DNA of 64,000 nucleotides from Chthoniobacteraceae bacterium. Its GTDB lineage: Bacteria > Verrucomicrobiota > Verrucomicrobiia > Chthoniobacterales > Chthoniobacteraceae. The stretch lies in assembly GCA_037190965.1 (NCBI GenBank), contig JBBCKI010000030.1, positions 32,001-96,000 of the forward strand, in the 5' to 3' direction. Within the stretch, counting starts at the first letter, position 1; the number at the start of each line of letters is the position of its first letter. A program made the position numbers and the translations under genes. The notes below the pieces were generated by a model. It was not told the DNA's origin, searched no databases, and saw only the letters and a list, made by a program, of their open reading frames with translations. Of the stretch, positions 61,104 through 64,000 are shown in pieces.

Positions 61104-61799
61104 TTATTCCTCGTCACGCCCGCCCATCAGCAGGGGCAGGAGATGCCAGAGCATGTAGGCAAACGAGGTGATGAAGGCCGCCACATAGGTCCAGGCGGCA
61201 GCGTCGAGGACCTTGCGCACGGCGGTCATCTGGTCGGGGGTGGCCACATGCCCCATTCCCCCGAGTATCTGCTTGGCGCGGCGCGAGGCATCGAATTCCA
61301 CCGGCAATGTGATGAGATTGAAGAGCATGATAACGCCCCAGGCGGCCGCCATGATCATTGCGCCCGTCCACATCTGGATAATTCCGGTAAACATGCCGAT
61401 GAGCGGCAGCCAGAGCACCACCTGGTTGGCATAGGTCGTCACGCCCACCGAAGCCATGCGCCAGCGGAGCGGAGCAAAGGCAATTTTATCCTGAATGGCA
61501 TGGCCGCACTCGTGGGCGGCAACACCCAGCGCGGCACAGGAAGTGCCATGATAATTTTGCGACGAAAGAACCAGCCGTTTGTTGATCGGGTCGTAGTGGT
61601 CGCCAAGCATCTCGTCGTGCTCCACAATATCGACGTTATGGATGCCCGCGCGGTCGAGAATCTGCGCGGCCACCTCGGCGCCCGTCTCTCCGGAGGCGGC
61701 GGGCACTTCGCTATAGCGAGCGTACGCTGCCTTCACCCGCCACGTGGCCAGGAGCGAAAGGAGCATGGTGCCGACAAAGAGAAAAATGGGTAGGATCAT
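61104..61799 (-). CDS. Neutral zinc metallopeptidase (YugP-like)
   Basis: DHYDP, VAAHECGHAIQ, LITLPVEFDASRRA, VLDAAAWTYVA. Confidence 0.92.
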   Translation of the reverse strand: MILPIFLFVGTMLLSLLATWRVKAAYARYSEVPAASGETGAEVAAQILDRAGIHNVDIVEHDEMLGDHYDPINKRLVLSSQNYHGTSCAALGVAAHECGHAIQDKIAFAPLRWRMASVGVTTYANQVVLWLPLIGMFTGIIQMWTGAMIMAAAWGVIMLFNLITLPVEFDASRRAKQILGGMGHVATPDQMTAVRKVLDAAAWTYVAAFITSFAYMLWHLLPLLMGGRDEE

Positions 61800-62770
61800 A
61801 TCGCTAGAAGAAGTTCTAACGAATCAGTTAGCACCACCGGAAAAAGTGACAACTCGGCCACCGCCGACTTGGCTTTGCCGGAGAGTTTTTTGAGCCGGGC
61901 GTAAACGTTGCTGCGGCGGCGGCGCACCATTTCCCGGGGCAGTTCACTCACGGAATGGAGTGACTCCTTCAACTTGCCCATCGCCCGCTCGCCGATCTTG
62001 CGGATCCACTCGCGGCTTTTGCCGAAGCGTTGCGCCATGGCTCGGTACGACTCGGGCTCTTCATCAAAAAAGCCGAAGCGAAGCCCCAGAATCCGGAGTT
62101 CCGTGTCATCGAGCCCCTGAAGACAGGCGGCGATTTCCTCCAGCAACTCCTCGCGGGAAAGCTGCTCCAGAGGGTGCTCCGTTTCGCTCGCGGCTTTTCC
62201 GGCCAGGGCCCGCTCGAAATCGTCGGCGGTCTCGAAGCCGGTTACGGAAATCCGGTCGGCGGCGATGGAGGCAAGATCGTCCTCGGGAATGCCAATGCGT
62301 TCCGCGAGTTCGGAAAGCTCGGCATCGCGGCCCAACTCCGTATTCAAACCCTCATGCAGCCGCGCCAGTTTGCGGAGCCGTTGGGAGCGCCAAACGGGGA
62401 TGCGAACGACGCGCGCCTGCGCGGTGATGGCCCGGTGCATCCGTTGTTTGATCCAAACGCCCGCATAGGTGGAGAAATCGACACCGAACTTCGGATTGAA
62501 AAGCTCCGCCGCACGAAGCAGGCCGATATTCCCTTCCGAAATGAGATCAGCCAGCGGCAGTCCATAACCGCCATACTGGCAGGCGATTTTGACCACAAGC
62601 TGGAGATGAACCAGCACCAGTCTTTCGCGCGACTCGACGCAACCGCCGGCGGCGGCGGTGTAGATGGCGGCAGCTTCGGTTTCCGAAAGCGGAGCGATCC
62701 CGGCAAGTTCGGCCAGGTACGGCTCCAGCCCTTCGGCGTGAGGTGAGCGGAATGAGGTTGTTGCAGGCAC
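61796..62770 (-). CDS. Alternative sigma-70 family factor (RpoD/RpoS-like regions 1.2-4)
   Basis: HLQLVVKIA..Y...GLPLADLISEGNIGL..AAELFNP..G..FSTYA..WI, RVVRIP, HTH SREWIRKI. Confidence 0.88.
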   Translation of the reverse strand: MPATTSFRSPHAEGLEPYLAELAGIAPLSETEAAAIYTAAAGGCVESRERLVLVHLQLVVKIACQYGGYGLPLADLISEGNIGLLRAAELFNPKFGVDFSTYAGVWIKQRMHRAITAQARVVRIPVWRSQRLRKLARLHEGLNTELGRDAELSELAERIGIPEDDLASIAADRISVTGFETADDFERALAGKAASETEHPLEQLSREELLEEIAACLQGLDDTELRILGLRFGFFDEEPESYRAMAQRFGKSREWIRKIGERAMGKLKESLHSVSELPREMVRRRRSNVYARLKKLSGKAKSAVAELSLFPVVLTDSLELLLAI

Positions 62771-62779
62771 TAAGAAAAA

Positions 62780-63664
62780 CTAACTGGGACGGGAACGGGA
62801 ACGTGATTGCGGACTTCCGCCTTCGCGTTTGGGGCGAAAGGGGCGGCGTGGTTTTGCGGTTTCGGAGGGCTTTCGGGCCTTAGGAGCGCTGAAGCGTCTG
62901 GCTCCCGGCGCTTTTCCCTCTTTCGGGACGTTCTTCGGCTGCGGGCGATGGATCTCCTTCTCCTCCGGCACGGTTCCGGCGCGGAGCAGCGCTTCGATCT
63001 CGCGGCGTGTGAGCACGCGGCACGTCCCGATCGGCATTTCCCCAATCTGGATTGGGCCGATGCGGGTGCGAGTGAGCTTGATGACCTCGTACCCAAGCTC
63101 ATGGAACATGAGCCGGATCTGCCGCTTGAGCCCCTGCCGGAGCACGACCTTGATCTTGTTGTTGGCGAGCTTATGAGCCGACTCCGCCTTGGCCCACCCT
63201 TCCGGGGTGTTGATGCCGTGCAGAAGTTTGGGCGACAGCGAGAAGTCGAAGGCCTTGTCGACGACCACCTCGTACTCCTTCTCCACCTTGTAGCGCGGGT
63301 GCGTCAGCTTGAGCGAAAGGTCGCCGTCATTGGTCAAAATGAGCAGCCCTTCGCTCTCCTTATCGAGACGGCCGACATGAAAGAGCCTCGGATAGTTCGG
63401 CGGCAGGAGATCAAAAATCGTGCGGCGACCGTGGGTGTCGGAGGCGGTGCAGACGAACCCCGGCGGCTTGTAAAGCAAGAGCGTCACCTCATGGGCGGCA
63501 TGCATCACCTTATTGCCCACTTTCACCACGTCCTCAGGCGTCACCTGGGTGGCGAGATTGGAGCACAGCACGCCGTTGATCGTCACCTGTCCGGTGCGGA
63601 TCAACTCTTCACAGCTCCGGCGGGAGCCCTGCCCGGCGGCAGCCAAAAAACGGTTCAGTCGCAT
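62780..63664 (-). CDS. rluB: rRNA pseudouridine synthase (RsuA/RluB family, S4 domain)
   Basis: [46 protein letters not shown]; basic low-complexity tail. Confidence 0.88.
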   Translation of the reverse strand: MRLNRFLAAAGQGSRRSCEELIRTGQVTINGVLCSNLATQVTPEDVVKVGNKVMHAAHEVTLLLYKPPGFVCTASDTHGRRTIFDLLPPNYPRLFHVGRLDKESEGLLILTNDGDLSLKLTHPRYKVEKEYEVVVDKAFDFSLSPKLLHGINTPEGWAKAESAHKLANNKIKVVLRQGLKRQIRLMFHELGYEVIKLTRTRIGPIQIGEMPIGTCRVLTRREIEALLRAGTVPEEKEIHRPQPKNVPKEGKAPGARRFSAPKARKPSETAKPRRPFRPKREGGSPQSRSRSRPS

Positions 63665-63853
63665 TTCCAAGACGTTCGATGGTTATCCGGGGAATGTCGA
63701 GAGCGCGTTACGAATTGCGAATTACAGCGTTTCTAGAAAAATAATAAGAGACGCTCTACCCCCTCGGGGAATCCCGCATCTGAAGCCCCACAACGGCAAA
63801 CCATTTGACCCGGTGGATTAAAACATTATTTTCAACGCACTTTTTCACAAAAA

Positions 63854-64000
63854 ATGGCGAAACAGGAAATTCCACGCAAAGCGGTCTACCGACTCTCGCT
63901 CTACCTGCGCGTGCTCCATCAGTTGAACCGCAATGAAATCGAAACGGTCTCCTCCGACGCGCTCGCAAAGGCGGCGGGGGTCAAACCGACCCAACTCCGC
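63854..64000 (+). CDS. rex: Redox-sensing transcriptional repressor Rex (5' part, truncated by the window edge)
   Basis: Not in the ORF track. Translates MAKQEIPRKAVYRLSLYLRVL...ETVSSDALAKAAGVKPTQLR, matching the Rex winged-helix N-terminus. Confidence 0.88.
   Translation, partial: MAKQEIPRKAVYRLSLYLRVLHQLNRNEIETVSSDALAKAAGVKPTQLR

Noticed and set aside
63833..63850. Rex autoregulatory operator
   Set aside because: Only the TTCACAA half-site matches TTGTGAA-N4-TTCACAA.

Overview
A 64-kb GC-rich bacterial chromosome segment, almost certainly Verrucomicrobiota and probably Chthoniobacterales/Spartobacteria-like. That assignment is an inference from the four-gene Verru_Chthon pilin-like cassette and the general lack of Shine-Dalgarno motifs. 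Most of the window is housekeeping or metabolic: priA, DEAD helicase, rlmH, trxB, a group-2 Mrp Na+/H+ antiporter operon, riboflavin synthase, cstA, rpsT, typA, slyD, rhaA, purH, pdxJ, acpS, gabD, aroD, initiator tRNA-Met, rluB and the start of rex. Envelope and secretion genes include glycosyltransferases, MscS, gspF/gspG and two tandem porin-like paralogs. I saw no transposase, integrase, prophage or CRISPR array. The most interesting signals are non-coding or architectural. (1) A two-hairpin leader RNA resembling the nhaA-I (Li+) riboswitch starts at the predicted TSS of the mrp operon. (2) An orphan ~185-nt promoter-to-terminator structured RNA lies upstream of a TauE-family gene (6S-like rod or attenuator). 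(3) Seven copies of a GTAG-tagged REP-doublet element occur, six with an extra covarying GNRA-loop hairpin, plus two other palindromic families, one with a 23-bp flanking duplication. (4) A 1.45-kb decayed islet between acpS and gspF is bounded by imperfect direct repeats and holds a degenerate attC-like site. (5) Three unusual fusions are present: GT4-phosphotransferase beside a TMK-like kinase, CstA-YbdD/YjiX, and TerC-CBS-PTS EIIA. All family calls are by-eye motif recognition; no searches or folding programs were run.
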